Positions 31,622 to 42,838 of a DNA stretch of 64,000 nt are shown piece by piece. A program made the position numbers and the translations under genes. The stretch is from an uncultured delta proteobacterium (GTDB lineage Bacteria > Myxococcota_A > Polyangia > Polyangiales > Polyangiaceae), in NCBI GenBank assembly GCA_963841435.1, contig CAWJCS010000006.1, forward strand, positions 416,001-480,000. Direction: 5' to 3'. The notes beneath the pieces were generated by a model. It was given only the letters and a program-made list of their open reading frames with translations. It was not told where the DNA came from and made no database searches. The number at the start of each line of letters is the position of its first letter. The first letter of the stretch is position 1.

Positions 31622-33646
31622 TCAGCCGAAGTCGACGCGGGCCGCATGCCGGCGGAGCAGCCGCTCCGTGTCGGGTTCGAGCCGGAACGCGCGCAAGAAA
31701 TTTTCGACCGAGTAGCCGCTCTGTCGCTCGCGGATGCGCGCGACGTACGCACGGGCCTCGTCGTTTCTTTGGGCGAGGGCGAGGCATTCGACGGCGATGG
31801 CGAGGATGTGCAGGTGCGCGTTCGGGCGCTCGGTGGCCTTGACGGCCCAGCGGGCCGCCTCGTCGAGCTCGCCGAGGCGCACGTGCGCGAGGGCACGCGA
31901 CGCGAGCATCGCAAACTGCAGGGGGTCGAAGGGGCTGAGCTGGCGCGAGTAGTTCGTGGCGTCGATCGCCGCGCGGGGGTCGCCGGACTGGGCGTGGACG
32001 AAGCCGAGCGTGTAGTGGCCGAGGGCGAAGTTCGGGCTCAGATCGACGCTGCGCGCGAGCTCGGAGAGCGCCTCGTCTTGCGCGCCGCGGAGCCACAAGG
32101 CGCGGCCCATGGCCCAGTGGGCCGCCGGATCACGGTCGTCGGCGCCGAGGCTCTGATGCGCGCAAGCGTAGGCCTGCTCGATCTGGTGCTCGCGGTCGCG
32201 GGTGAGCTCGAGAAAGGCGTTCTGGAAGTGGGTGAAGGAGAGGGCAGCGTGGGCGCGCGCGAAGGTCGGGTCGAGCTTCAGCGCTGAGCCGAGGAACGTC
32301 GCGGCGTCTCGGTTGTCCTCACCGTTGAAGCGGTACATGTGCCAGAGGCCTCGGTGGTAGGCTTCCCACGCGTCGAGCGATGTCGGTGCTTTCAGCACGG
32401 CGAGGTTGCGCTCGGCCGTTTCGATTTCCTCGGCAATCGCCGCGACGATGCGGTCCGCCACGCCATCGAGCACGTGAAAGCCGTCGCCCAGCACGCCGCC
32501 GAGCTCGTCGGTCCAGACGATGCGCGATGCGCGCGTCTCGACGAGCTCGACGCCGACGAGCACCTCGCTGCCCGAGCGCTTGACCCAGCCGCTCGCGACG
32601 TAGTCGACGCCCAGGATGCGCCCCGCCTCCTCGGGTCCGATGCCGCGCTCCCCGAGCGCGTAGACGGTGCCGCGGGCAATCACGAACAGCACGCGGAGCT
32701 TGGCGAGGCGCGTGATCACGTCGTCGGTGAGCCCGTCACCCACGTGGCCGCTCTGTTGCGCGCTCCGTTCCACGAACGGCATCACCGCGATGGAGGCGCG
32801 ACTTCGCTGCGACGCCACGATGCTCGCGACCTGCTGAGGCCGCGAGCCGAGCACCCCGGACGCGGCGTCCACGATGAGAGGCCCCGTCACGGCCGGGCGT
32901 TCACGGGAGGGCGCGGCCGCGGCGCGGGAGCTCCGGACCTCTTCGCGCAGCGCCAGCCACTCGAGCCCTTCCTGCTCGAACGCGCGGATGGTCGCGGCGA
33001 GATGCGCTTCGGCCTCGTGCCGCCGGCCGGAGGCGACGAGCGTCGCGAGCAGCGCTCGATGGGCATCGCCGTCGAACGCTGATGCCTGGAGCCAGCGCTG
33101 CAAAGTCTTCAGGGCCTCGTCCGAAGCCGGCGGCACGCGCCGCAGGAGCTCGCGCGCGAGCGCGACCTGCATGGCAGAGAGCCGCTGTCGCTCGGTGCTG
33201 AGCCATCCGGCGAGGCCCGGGCCGGCGTCGAGCTCGAGGCCTTCGAGCAGCTCGCCCCCCATCAGGTCTACGGTGCGTCGCAAGCGCTCGTCCGTACAGT
33301 CACCGACGCCGTCCTCGACGACGCGTGCGATGTCGAGGGCATCGACCGTGCACTCGGAGAGATCGAGCGCGACGAGGTCGCGATCGCTCGTGACGAGACG
33401 TGCGGCGTTCGCCTCGCCGAGCACGCCGCGGAGCTTGCTCAGGCACCAGCGCAGCTCGCCGCGCGGGTCGTTGGCGGCGTCCCAGAGCAGGTCACAGAGC
33501 TTCGAGCGCGAGACGGCGCCTGGGCTCATGGCCAAATAACCCAGTAAAAACCGTATTTTGCGCGAGCGTGGCAGCAGGCGTCGCTCGCCCTCGGCGATCA
33601 CGCTGAGCGGCCCGAGCAGGCGGATTTCCAGCGTGGGATGGCTCAT
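31622..33646 (-). CDS. SARP/BTAD-type transcriptional regulator with TolB-like and TPR domains
   Basis: IRLLGPL..LCDLLWD..PRGELRWCLSKLR; ASIAVMPF..GLTDDVITRLAKLR; SLDAWEAYHRG, LDPTFARAHA. Confidence 0.85.
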   Translation of the reverse strand: MSHPTLEIRLLGPLSVIAEGERRLLPRSRKIRFLLGYLAMSPGAVSRSKLCDLLWDAANDPRGELRWCLSKLRGVLGEANAARLVTSDRDLVALDLSECTVDALDIARVVEDGVGDCTDERLRRTVDLMGGELLEGLELDAGPGLAGWLSTERQRLSAMQVALARELLRRVPPASDEALKTLQRWLQASAFDGDAHRALLATLVASGRRHEAEAHLAATIRAFEQEGLEWLALREEVRSSRAAAAPSRERPAVTGPLIVDAASGVLGSRPQQVASIVASQRSRASIAVMPFVERSAQQSGHVGDGLTDDVITRLAKLRVLFVIARGTVYALGERGIGPEEAGRILGVDYVASGWVKRSGSEVLVGVELVETRASRIVWTDELGGVLGDGFHVLDGVADRIVAAIAEEIETAERNLAVLKAPTSLDAWEAYHRGLWHMYRFNGEDNRDAATFLGSALKLDPTFARAHAALSFTHFQNAFLELTRDREHQIEQAYACAHQSLGADDRDPAAHWAMGRALWLRGAQDEALSELARSVDLSPNFALGHYTLGFVHAQSGDPRAAIDATNYSRQLSPFDPLQFAMLASRALAHVRLGELDEAARWAVKATERPNAHLHILAIAVECLALAQRNDEARAYVARIRERQSGYSVENFLRAFRLEPDTERLLRRHAARVDFG

Positions 33647-33735
33647 GGGGCCGATCCCGGGGGCGTTTCCACGGCTCGTACCACGCGATGGCCCATGCCT
33701 CGTCGCCATCTTCGCACCCCAGGAGGTCCAAGCCA

Positions 33736-34218
33736 ATGACCCAGCCCCAGACCCTTTCCGAGCCAGCGCGTGACCCTCGAGCGCTCAGGCAGGCCAAGGC
33801 CCAGGTGGCCGAGCTCAAGAAGATGTTCGCGGACAGCGCGCAGGCGCGGGCCGAGCGCCAGCGGCGAAAGCCCCTCTACGAGCGCCTCGGCGGCCGCCCC
33901 GCCCTCGAGGCCGTCGTCGCCGACATCGTCGAGCTCCATTTCACGGAAGCCATCACCAAGCCGCTCTGCAAGGGCGTCGATCAGCAAAAGCTCGTCAGGC
34001 TCGTCGTCGAGTTCTTGTGTCGCGGCGCCGGTGGCCCCGAAACGTACACGGGGCGCGACATGGTGAGCGCGCATGCGCACCTCGGCATGACCGACGTTCA
34101 CTTCATGGCGGCCGGTGACCAAATCATGCGGGTTTTGCGCAAATACGGCGTGCCCGAGCCGGAGCAGCAAGAGGTGATGTGCCTCATCATCGCCCATCAC
34201 GACGACGTCATTCGCTGA
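33736..34218 (+). CDS. Group I truncated hemoglobin
   Basis: LYERLGG, GGPETYTGRDMVSAHAHLGMTDVHF (proximal His). Confidence 0.88.
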   Translation: MTQPQTLSEPARDPRALRQAKAQVAELKKMFADSAQARAERQRRKPLYERLGGRPALEAVVADIVELHFTEAITKPLCKGVDQQKLVRLVVEFLCRGAGGPETYTGRDMVSAHAHLGMTDVHFMAAGDQIMRVLRKYGVPEPEQQEVMCLIIAHHDDVIR

Positions 34219-34336
34219 CGCTCGACGAACGGCGGGGTCGGCGGCACGACCGTCCGGCGTCGGCCCGCGCTGGCGCTCGACGGACGGCGGGTCGGCGGCA
34301 CGACCGTCCGGCGTCGGTCCGCGCTGGCGCTCGACG
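34219..34336. repeat. Two tandem copies of a 54-55 bp palindromic unit between convergent genes
   Basis: CGCTCGACG recurs at 34219, 34274 and 34328; units contain GGTCG-GCGGCA-CGACC. Confidence 0.8.
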
Positions 34337-34344
34337 CTCGAGTG

Positions 34345-37270
34345 TCACACCGATGGGCTCGAGCGCTTCTCGGGGTCGAGGTCGGACTCCGCGTCCGCGA
34401 CACCGAGCACGCGCAGGTACGCGACCCGGACCCGTTCCGTGAGAATCGTGGTAGCGGGCGAGCAGCGTGGTCGCGGCGGGCGTTTCGGGGCCGTCGCGGT
34501 AGCCGAGGCTGCGCGCGACGGCGCGAAGGGCCGGTCCCTCGGTTTCGAGGACGCTCGAGCTGCGCCCGCGCTCGACGTGCAAGCGCTGCTCGACTCGACG
34601 CAAGAAGCGGTAGCCTTCGCGCAGGGGCTCGTATTCGGCAAAGTCGATGTAACCCTGCGTTGCCAGCGCTTCGAGGGCGTCGGCCGTATCCTGCGTGTGG
34701 ACGCGCGGATCGTGACCGTGCCGCATCTGCAGGTACTGGACGGCGAACTCAACGTCGAGCAGCCCCCCGCGCCCGGCCTTGAGGTCGCGCCGGTCGGCGC
34801 GCTCGCGGCCGAGCTCGCGCTGCAGGCGCAGTCGCATGCGGTGGAGCTCGGAGCCCTCCGGGGGCGGACCGCCGTACGCCGCCCGCTCGGCAATCTGCTG
34901 TGCACGGGTGCCTAGCTCGGCGTCGCCCGCGGCGAACCGCGCGCGTAAAAGCGCCTGGCGCTCCCAGCTCGCGGCGGTCGCGCCCACGGCTCCCTCTGCG
35001 GGCTCGCCCGTGCCGAGCGGCACGGCGTGGTAGCGCGCGAAGGCCTCGAGCGACGTGACGAGCATGCCCTGCGAGCCCGAGGGACGGAGCCGCGTGTCGA
35101 GCTCGTAGCCGGGGCCGGTGACGTGCGGCTCGGAGATCAGGCGAATCACCGCCTGCGCGCGGCGCGAGAAAAAGGCCGCTGCTTCGTCCGGATCGGGCGC
35201 CTTTTCTGGATCGTAGACGAACAGCACGTCGAGGTCCGAGCCGTAGCCGAGCTCTCGGCCACCGAGCTTGCCCATCGCGAGCACGGCGAGCCCGCCCCGC
35301 TCACCGAGCACGTGGCCCATGGCGCGGCCGAGCTGCTCGTCCGCGAGCGCGGCGAGCAGACGCGTGGCCTCGTGGGTGAAGAGCGAGCCGGCGAGATCCG
35401 CGGTCGCCACCTCGAGCATGACGCGCTGTTTGGCGATGCGAAGCCCGGCGATGAGCGAGTCGCGCCGCTCCGCGTCCCCCGCGTCCTCGCTCAGTATCTG
35501 AGCCTGGACTTCGATCTCGATCTCGACGGCGGCCTCGGGGTCGCTGATGTTGCCGGCGCCGAAGACGATAACGTCGGCGAGCTCGGGCCGGCCGAGCACG
35601 GCATCGCGCACGAAGGCGCTCGACGCAAACGCCGTGATCATGCGCCGGAGGGCGAGCCTGTCGGTCGCGAGCGCGGCAAAATACGGTTCCGCCGAGGAAA
35701 ATCGCCCGAAGAAGCGGCGCAGGCCCGCGGCCGCTTGCTCGGGGTCCGAGGCGCCCCCCAGCTCCTCGAGCACGGCGAGGGCGAGGTCGGGGTGGCGCTC
35801 GCGCGTGAGCTCGCCGAGCAAGGCGTCCGGCCGCCGCGCCAGGGCGAGAAGGTGATCGCCGATCTCGGCGTTGCCGTACGCGGCTTCCACGGCTCGCTCG
35901 AGCGTTTCGCGATCGGCGCCCAGGTGCGCCACGAGCGGCTCGAAGGGCGAGCGTCGTCGTCGCGTGTTGGCACCCGGGGCCAGCGTGAGGAACAGGTCGT
36001 GCACCGCGTCGCGGGCGCGCGCGAGGGCCGTGGTGAGGCTTTTCTCGGCGACGCTCAGCGTGCGAGCCAGGTGCCCGAGCTGGTCGCCCTTCGGAAGCAG
36101 GTGCGTCTGCAGGCCGCTCATCCACTGCACGCGGTGCTCGAGCCGCCTGAGCAGGACGTACGCTTCGCCGACGGCGCGCGCTTCGGCGTCGCTGACGAGA
36201 CCGCGGCTCTTGAGCCGGGCGATGCCGGCGAGCGTGCCGCGAGCGCGTAGTGTCGGGTCGCGCCCGCCCCACACGAGCTCGAGCGTTTGCACGAAGAATT
36301 CGGCCTCGCGGATGCCGCCCTCGCCGAGCTTGAGGTCCCGCCGCGGGTCGGGTGACAGCTCGGCGCGCGAGCGCTTCACGAGGTCGGTCATGCCCGCCGC
36401 GATCTGCGGCTCGACCGCGCGCCGGAACACGAACGGGTGGATGATCTCGCGCTCGACGAGCCTGCCGAAGCGCTGATCGCCCGCCGAGGGGCGCGCCTTG
36501 AGCAGGGCCGCGCGCTCCCAAAGGCGTCCCCAGCGCGCGTAGTAGCGCTCCGCCGCGTCGGCGGAGTTGACGAGCGCGCCGCCCGAGCCCTCGGGACGCA
36601 GCCGCAGGTCGACGCGCCAGATCGGGCCGTCCGCCGTCGGCGCCTCGAACAGCTCGACGAGCCGCCGGACCACCTGCGTCCAGTGCTCGTGCAGGCTTCG
36701 TTCGCTCCGACCGTCGTCGGTGTCGTAGACGAACAGGAGGTCGACGTCGGAGCCCGCGTTGAGCTCGAGCCCGCCGAGCTTGCCCATGCCGAACACGGTC
36801 AGGACGGAGCGACCGCCGTCGGCGCGCAGTGGCGGGCCGAAGCGTGCCGCCACCTCGCTGGACGCGAGCTCGAGCACCCCTTCGAGCGCCGCATCGGCCA
36901 GCAGGCTGAGCTCGCGGGCGGTCGACTCGATCTCGGCTCCGCCGAGCTCGACGGGCAGAAGCTCGCGCAGCGCGACGCGCGCTTTCTCGGCCCAGACCCG
37001 GCGGCGGAGCGGGGAAAGCAGATCCTCGGCGGCCCCGGCTGAGGGGGCCCGCGGTCGCAGCCCGGCCGCGAGCTCGCGCTGGTGGCGCTCGGCGCGCCAG
37101 CCGCGCGCGGCGATTTCGTCGAGGGCGTCGACCTGCCAGCCGAGCGTGGCTGTAAGCGGCGGAAAGGCCGTTCCGAGCAGGATGGCGACCGGGCGGGCGC
37201 CGAGCTCCTGGGCGAGGAGCCCCGCGCGCTCCGCGTCGATCCTCTCGGCCAGGCGGTTGAGCTCGTCCAT
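34345..37270 (-). CDS. glnE: Glutamine synthetase adenylyltransferase/deadenylylase (likely +1 indel near 34445)
   Basis: Two NT domains: GMGKLGGLELNAGSDVDL/VDLRLRPEG and AMGKLGGRELGYGSDLD/LDTRLRPSG; natural C-terminus TERVRVAYLRVLG lies in another frame ending at 34345. Confidence 0.93.
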
Positions 37271-37387
37271 GGCTCCGGGGTGCCGTGCGCTCTCGCCGGC
37301 AAAAGAGAGCTTATACACGACACCATTGCGGTACGCTCCCCACGGCAGTAACCCGCGAAGCGCGAACTCTTCGCGGCAAGCGCTCTC

Positions 37388-38020
37388 ATGCGGTTTCTCT
37401 GCGTCTCTGACATCCACGGGCACGCGCGTGCGCTCGAGGCCGTGTTGCGCGAGGCGGACGCGTTCGGCTGGGATCAGCTCATCGCGTGCGGTGACCTGTG
37501 TTTTCCCGGGCCGGATCCGCTGAGCGTGTGGAAGATACTCGTCGAGCATCGCGCGCTCTGTGTGCAGGGCATCGGCGACCGTGCGCTCGCGCAGGTGGAT
37601 CCTTCCAAGCTCGCCGCTACCAAGCCCGTCGAGCGCGCGCGCATCGAGCGGCTCAAGCAGGCGCATCAAGAGCTCGGAGAGCTCATCATCGCTCGTCTCG
37701 GCAAGCTGCCGCAGCAGGCGTCGCTGCCGCTCGAGTCGGGACACACGATGCTCATCGTGCACGGCTCGCCGGCGGATCCGAGTGAGCCCCTGAGCTTCGA
37801 CATGACCGACGACGAGATCCTCGCGCTGCTCGGCGACGAGCCGGGGGACATCATCGTGTGCGGCGGCAGCCACGTGCCGTTCGAGCGCGAGGTCGCCGAC
37901 GTGCGTATCGTGAACGTCGGCTCCGTCGGCGAGGCCCCCGAGGGCGGCGTCGCTCACGGCGCGATCATCGTCACGTCGCAGACCGGCCACGCCGTGCGGA
38001 TGCTCAACGCGACCCTGTGA
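37388..38020 (+). CDS. Metallophosphoesterase family protein
   Basis: SDIHG, CGDL, HGSP, GGSHVPF, VNVGSVG. Confidence 0.85.
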   Translation: MRFLCVSDIHGHARALEAVLREADAFGWDQLIACGDLCFPGPDPLSVWKILVEHRALCVQGIGDRALAQVDPSKLAATKPVERARIERLKQAHQELGELIIARLGKLPQQASLPLESGHTMLIVHGSPADPSEPLSFDMTDDEILALLGDEPGDIIVCGGSHVPFEREVADVRIVNVGSVGEAPEGGVAHGAIIVTSQTGHAVRMLNATL

Positions 38021-38055
38021 CGCCGCGTGCGGCGCCGTGACGCCGTGTGCGGCGC

Positions 38056-38886
38056 TCAGCGTGCGGCCGCGCGCCGCGGGGCGGCGTCGAGCGCCCGGCG
38101 CAGCGAGCCCACGAGCGCGCTGACGGCGGCGACCCGGGCGTCGCTCGTTTTGCCACCGGCGATGGCGCGCACGACCTCGGTGCCCACGACGATGCCGTCA
38201 ACACCGGCCGCCGCGACGCCCGCCGCCTGCTCCGGCGAGCGGATCCCGAAGCCGACCACCACGGGTAGCCCCGCGCGGTCGCGAAGCGCTGCCGCCTCGC
38301 GCGCCGCCTCGGCGAGCGGAGCCTCGCGGCTGCCCGTCACTCCCGTGACGGAGACGTAGTAAATGAACCCGCGCGCCCTCTTCAAAAGCGCCGGCTCGCG
38401 CTCGCGTCCCGTCGTCGGCGCGACGAGCGGGATCATCGCGAGGCTTTCGCGCTCGGCGGCGTCGCGCAGCGCGGCGCCCTCCTCGGGGGGCAAATCGACG
38501 ACCAGCAGCGCATCGATGCCCGCCCGCGCGGCCGCCGCCGGCAGCGTCGTCTCACCGAAGGCGAGCAGCGGGTTCACGTAGGTGAAGAGCACGAGCGGCG
38601 CTTCCGACTCGGCGCGCAGCCGCTCGGCGACGGAGAGCGCCGCCTTGAGCGAGCCGCCCGTCTTGATCGCCCGGTAGCTCGCCGCCGCGATCACCGGGCC
38701 GTCGGCCGTCGGGTCGCTGAACGGCACGCCGAGCTCGAGCACGTCGGCGCCCGCGGCGAGCGCGGCCCGCGCGCAGGCGAGGCTGTCATCGACGCTCGGA
38801 TCGCCGATCGTGAGGTACACGCCGAGCGCCGTCCGCCCCTCGCTCGCGAGCTTCGAGAAGCGCTCGGAAAGCCGCTCGACGGTCAT
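38056..38886 (-). CDS. trpA: Tryptophan synthase alpha
   Basis: [38 protein letters not shown]. Confidence 0.96.
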   Translation of the reverse strand: MTVERLSERFSKLASEGRTALGVYLTIGDPSVDDSLACARAALAAGADVLELGVPFSDPTADGPVIAAASYRAIKTGGSLKAALSVAERLRAESEAPLVLFTYVNPLLAFGETTLPAAAARAGIDALLVVDLPPEEGAALRDAAERESLAMIPLVAPTTGREREPALLKRARGFIYYVSVTGVTGSREAPLAEAAREAAALRDRAGLPVVVGFGIRSPEQAAGVAAAGVDGIVVGTEVVRAIAGGKTSDARVAAVSALVGSLRRALDAAPRRAAAR

Positions 38887-40112
38887 TTCGGGAGCCTCGC
38901 GAGCAGCGTGGCGAGATCCTTGTCGCCGCGCCCCGAGAGGCACACGGCAAGCTTCACGGCCCGCCCGAGGCGCCCGCTCTCGCGCTCGGCGACGTCGGCG
39001 ATGCGCGCGAAAGCGTGCGCCGTTTCGAGCGCAATCAGGAGCCCCTCGGTGAGGGCCACGCGCTCGGTCGCGGCGAGCGCCTCCTCGTCGGTCGCCGTGA
39101 GGTACGTCGCGCGCCCGCTCGCCTTGAGCGCGGCGTGCTCGGGACCGACGCCCGGATAGTCGAGCCCGGCGCTGATCGAATGCGCCTCGAGGATCTGCCC
39201 GTCGTCGTCGGCGAGCACGCGCGTGCGTGCGCCGTGCAGCACACCGACGCGTCCGGCCGTCAGCGTCGCGGCGTGGTGCGTCGTCTCGAGGCCCTCGCCC
39301 GCCGCCTCGACGCCGTAGAGCGCGACCTCGTCACCGATGAAGGCGCGGAACATGCCGATCGCGTTCGAGCCGCCGCCTACGCACGCGACGACGGCGTCCG
39401 GCAGCGTCCCGCTCGCCGAAAGCAGCTGCGCCCGCGCCTCGTCGCCGATCACGCGCTGGAGCTCCGAGACGAGCGCGGGGTAGGGGTGTGGGCCCGCGGC
39501 CGAGCCCACGCAGTAGTGCGTCGTCCGCACGTTGGTCACCCAGTCGCGCAGCGCCTCGTTCATGGCGTCCTTGAGCGTGCGCGAGCCGGACTCGACCGGG
39601 ATCACGCGGGCGCCCAGCATGCGCATGCGCGCGACGTTCGGCGCCTGCCGCTCGATGTCGACCGCGCCCATGTACACCTCGCAGGGCAGGCCCTGCATCG
39701 CCGCGGCCGTCGCCGTCGCCACGCCGTGCTGCCCGGCGCCCGTCTCGGCGATGATGCGCGTCTTTCCGAGCTCCTTGGCGAGCAGCACCTGACCGAGCGC
39801 GTTGTTCAGCTTGTGAGCGCCCGTGTGGCACAGATCCTCGCGCTTGAGCCAAAGCTCGGCGAGCACGCCCGGGCTCGGCACGAGCGCCTCGGCGAGGCGC
39901 GGCGCGCGGTAAACGGGCGTCGGCCGCCCCACGTAGCTCACGAGTAGATCGCGCCAGCGCTTCTGAAAGGCGGGCCCGAGCACGATCTCGTGGAACGCGC
40001 GCTCGAGCTCATCGAGCGCGGGCACGAGCGTCTCGGCGACGAAGCGGCCGCCGAACTCGCCGTAGTAGCCGGCTCGCGCCGCGTCGCTCATGGTGCCCGG
40101 CTCGTAGTCCAC
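38883..40112 (-). CDS. trpB: Tryptophan synthase beta
   Basis: [58 protein letters not shown]. Confidence 0.97.
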   Translation of the reverse strand: MDYEPGTMSDAARAGYYGEFGGRFVAETLVPALDELERAFHEIVLGPAFQKRWRDLLVSYVGRPTPVYRAPRLAEALVPSPGVLAELWLKREDLCHTGAHKLNNALGQVLLAKELGKTRIIAETGAGQHGVATATAAAMQGLPCEVYMGAVDIERQAPNVARMRMLGARVIPVESGSRTLKDAMNEALRDWVTNVRTTHYCVGSAAGPHPYPALVSELQRVIGDEARAQLLSASGTLPDAVVACVGGGSNAIGMFRAFIGDEVALYGVEAAGEGLETTHHAATLTAGRVGVLHGARTRVLADDDGQILEAHSISAGLDYPGVGPEHAALKASGRATYLTATDEEALAATERVALTEGLLIALETAHAFARIADVAERESGRLGRAVKLAVCLSGRGDKDLATLLARLPK

Positions 40113-40762
40113 GAGCCTCCGCTTGTCGAGCCATCCGGGCCCGCCGGGGCGGCTCTGGCGGCGCGCACGAAGCGCTCCACCTTGCCGGGGTCCTTGCGGC
40201 GCGGATCGGCGCCCTCCACGCCGCTTGCCGTATCGACGCCGAACGGCCGCACTTCGGCGATGGCCTGCGCGACGTTCTCGGGCGTGAGCCCCCCCGCCAC
40301 GATGAGTTGCCGCTCACCCGCGAGGGCGCGCACGAGCCCCCAGTCGAAGCGTTGCCCCGTGCCGCCGAGCGCGCCCGTCACCTTGGCGTCGGCGAGCAGC
40401 CGAGCGCCCGGGTACGCCGCGGCTCGCGCTATGTCGCTCACCTCGGCCACGTGCAGCACCTTGTACGCGCTCGGCAGGAGCGCCCGCACGAGGTCTGGGC
40501 TCTCGTCGCCGTGCAGCTGCAACCACTCGATGCCCGTCTCGGCGCGGAGCGCCTCGAGCGCCTCGCAGTCGAGATCCGCGACGACCGCGACGACCTCGAC
40601 GCGGTCACCCACCGCCTCGCGCACGGCGCGCGCCGTCGCCGCATCGACGCGGCGCTTCGAGCTCGCGACGAGATTGACACCCACGGCGTCCGCACCGGCC
40701 TTTACGGCCACGAGCGCGTCCTCGACCGTCGTGACGCCGCAGATCTTCACCCAGACCGACAT
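40088..40762 (-). CDS. trpF: Phosphoribosylanthranilate isomerase
   Basis: [38 protein letters not shown]. Confidence 0.95.
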   Translation of the reverse strand: MSVWVKICGVTTVEDALVAVKAGADAVGVNLVASSKRRVDAATARAVREAVGDRVEVVAVVADLDCEALEALRAETGIEWLQLHGDESPDLVRALLPSAYKVLHVAEVSDIARAAAYPGARLLADAKVTGALGGTGQRFDWGLVRALAGERQLIVAGGLTPENVAQAIAEVRPFGVDTASGVEGADPRRKDPGKVERFVRAARAAPAGPDGSTSGGSWTTSRAP

Positions 40763-40964
40763 GGGGCCCGCTCTTTTAGCTCAACCGAACACGTGGCGCG
40801 ATGCTTCGAGCCTCCCCCGGTGGCGTGCAGCCTCTGCGGCGCCGCCGTCGCCTGCTGCCCGCTGCCCGCTCCGGGCCCGTGCCCGCGAGCAAGCCCGACG
40901 TCGCGCCGGTGTCCAGAGCCGTCCGATTGGCAGGGGGTTTGGGCGACCACGGTCGCTCGCCGCG

Positions 40965-41050
40965 GGCGGCGCCGTTGCACGCCGTTCCACGCCGGAGGCG
41001 ACTGCATCGCTCGCGCGAGCGGCGCCGTTGCACGCCGTTGCACGCCGCCG
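40965..41050. repeat. Short intergenic direct repeats (CGCCGTTGCA units)
   Basis: GCGGCGCCGTTGCACGCCGTT(C/G)CACGCCG occurs twice upstream of trpF. Confidence 0.55.
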
Positions 41051-41089
41051 CCGACTCCGTCGCGTGGCGTCGCCGCGCGAGGCTCGTCG

Positions 41090-42388
41090 CTAGCGTGCGC
41101 AGCCGACCTGCTCGGTGCCGACGAACACGTCGTCGTAATAAACCTGGCCGAGCTGGCCGCTGAAGTCCTGCACGCCGATCTTCAGGAAGTTGAACATCGG
41201 CCCCCACGAGACGCGCGGCGTGCCGTTGCCGCCGAAGTCGTGAACGTGCATCTCCGTGAGCTCGGCATCGTCGACCCACACGCGAAACTCGCTGTCGCCG
41301 CCGTCGAAGAGCGCCTCGAGGCAGTACCAGCGTGTGGCTTCGAACTGAAAGCCGGCGCCCGGGAAATCACCGGGATTGCCGCCGTCGGTGAAGCCGTTCG
41401 AAAAGTGCGTCACCTCGCCGGGGCCGTCGGTGGGCGCCTGGAGATTCAGGTCGAGCATTTCGACGTTGCCCGAGGGCTTGGACAACCCGAGTCGGAGCTC
41501 GGTGCCCGCGTTGTCCTTCGCGACGGCGCCCACGAGGAAAGTGGTGTGACCCGAGACGGCGCTCGTCGCCTTCTCGAAGCTCACGTACATGCGCGCGTAA
41601 AATTTGTTGTTCGGCGGGGGAAAGCCAACGACGGGAATGATGAACGAGCCGACGCTCGTGCCCGACGCGCGCACGGAGTTGGGCGCGCTATGCGCGAGCG
41701 TATTGGTGACGACGGGCTGCTGGTTCGCGTCGAAGGAGGGGTAGGGCTCCCACTTGGCGGCGTCGGGCGGCATGGCGTTCGTCGCCGCGTCGAAATCGTC
41801 CTGAACGAGGATCGTGCCCGTGTAGGCGGTCGAGCCGGCCCCGCCGCCGATGCCGGCGTCGCCCGCGCCGCCCGCCGTGCCCGCGCCGTCGCCCGCGCTG
41901 CCGCCCGTGCCCGCGCCGCCACCCAGTCCGCCCGGGTCGCCGCCAACGCCCGCGCCTCCAGCATCGAGGCCCGCCCCGCCACCGAGCCCGCCCACGCCGC
42001 CGAGCCCGCCCACGCCGCCCGTCGGCGTTGCCCCCGCGCCGCCGCCCGTGCCGCCCGTCGCAGCGCCGCTCGAGCCCCCCGCGGCGGAAGCGCCGCCCGT
42101 GCCGCCGCCGCTCCCGCCCGTGCCTGCCATGCTGGCGCCCGCCGTGCCGCCGAGCGCACCGCCGACGCCGCCGGCGCCGCTCGCGTCGATGTCCGGCTTC
42201 GTTTCCACCGAACAGGCGACGGCTCCCGTGAGCGCGAGCGCCAGGCTGGCACGCACGAGGACGAGGGCACGGCCCGTCGGGGCCCGTCCGCAAAGCTCGC
42301 GACGGCGCGGGGTGCTCGCGCGGGGTGCGCCCGTGCGCGGGGCCGTGGCGTCCGTCGAGGCTGGGCGAGCGTTGCTAACGCCCATCAC
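41090..42388 (-). CDS. Lipoprotein with Gly-rich linker and beta-sandwich (lectin/lyase-like) domain
   Basis: Lipobox AVAC, long G/A/T linker, FYARMYV, WYCLE, RVWVD, YYDDVFVG..VGC. Confidence 0.72.
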   Translation of the reverse strand: MMGVSNARPASTDATAPRTGAPRASTPRRRELCGRAPTGRALVLVRASLALALTGAVACSVETKPDIDASGAGGVGGALGGTAGASMAGTGGSGGGTGGASAAGGSSGAATGGTGGGAGATPTGGVGGLGGVGGLGGGAGLDAGGAGVGGDPGGLGGGAGTGGSAGDGAGTAGGAGDAGIGGGAGSTAYTGTILVQDDFDAATNAMPPDAAKWEPYPSFDANQQPVVTNTLAHSAPNSVRASGTSVGSFIIPVVGFPPPNNKFYARMYVSFEKATSAVSGHTTFLVGAVAKDNAGTELRLGLSKPSGNVEMLDLNLQAPTDGPGEVTHFSNGFTDGGNPGDFPGAGFQFEATRWYCLEALFDGGDSEFRVWVDDAELTEMHVHDFGGNGTPRVSWGPMFNFLKIGVQDFSGQLGQVYYDDVFVGTEQVGCAR

Positions 42389-42762
42389 TCGATGCGCAAG
42401 AGCTCCTTCACGGTCGCGATCACCTGGGGAGCCTGAATGGGCTTGGTGATGTACGCGTTGGCCCCGAGCTGCAGGGCGCGCTGGCGGTCTTCCTGCGACC
42501 CCTCGGTCGTGATGATGACGATCGGCGTGTCCTTGTGGACCGGATCGCTACGCACGCGCTTCACGAGCTTGAGCCCGTCCATGATCGGCATGTTGATGTC
42601 GGTCACGATGATGTCGTAGCGAGCCGACGCGAGCTTGCGCAGGCCATCGACGCCGTCGTCCGCCTCCGTCACTCTCAGGTTCTTCACTCTTGCGAGCGCG
42701 AACACCAAGAGCTGACGCATCATCGGCGAGTCTTCGACGATCAAGCAGGAGAACTCACTCAC
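42385..42762 (-). CDS. Single-domain CheY-like response regulator
   Basis: LIVEDS, TDINMPIMDG, IITTE, YITKP. Confidence 0.92.
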   Translation of the reverse strand: MSEFSCLIVEDSPMMRQLLVFALARVKNLRVTEADDGVDGLRKLASARYDIIVTDINMPIMDGLKLVKRVRSDPVHKDTPIVIITTEGSQEDRQRALQLGANAYITKPIQAPQVIATVKELLRIE

Positions 42763-42838
42763 GACGCCCCCACTCTACGGCAAAGCGACCCCGCCTGCCC
42801 CATGCTTTGATGCCGTCGAACTTCAATAAATGCTCCCC

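Noticed and set aside
37271-37990. N-terminal extension of GlnE (ORF 34208..37990)
   Set aside because: Antisense shadow of the phosphoesterase gene; ATG 37270 has a GGAG ribosome-binding site
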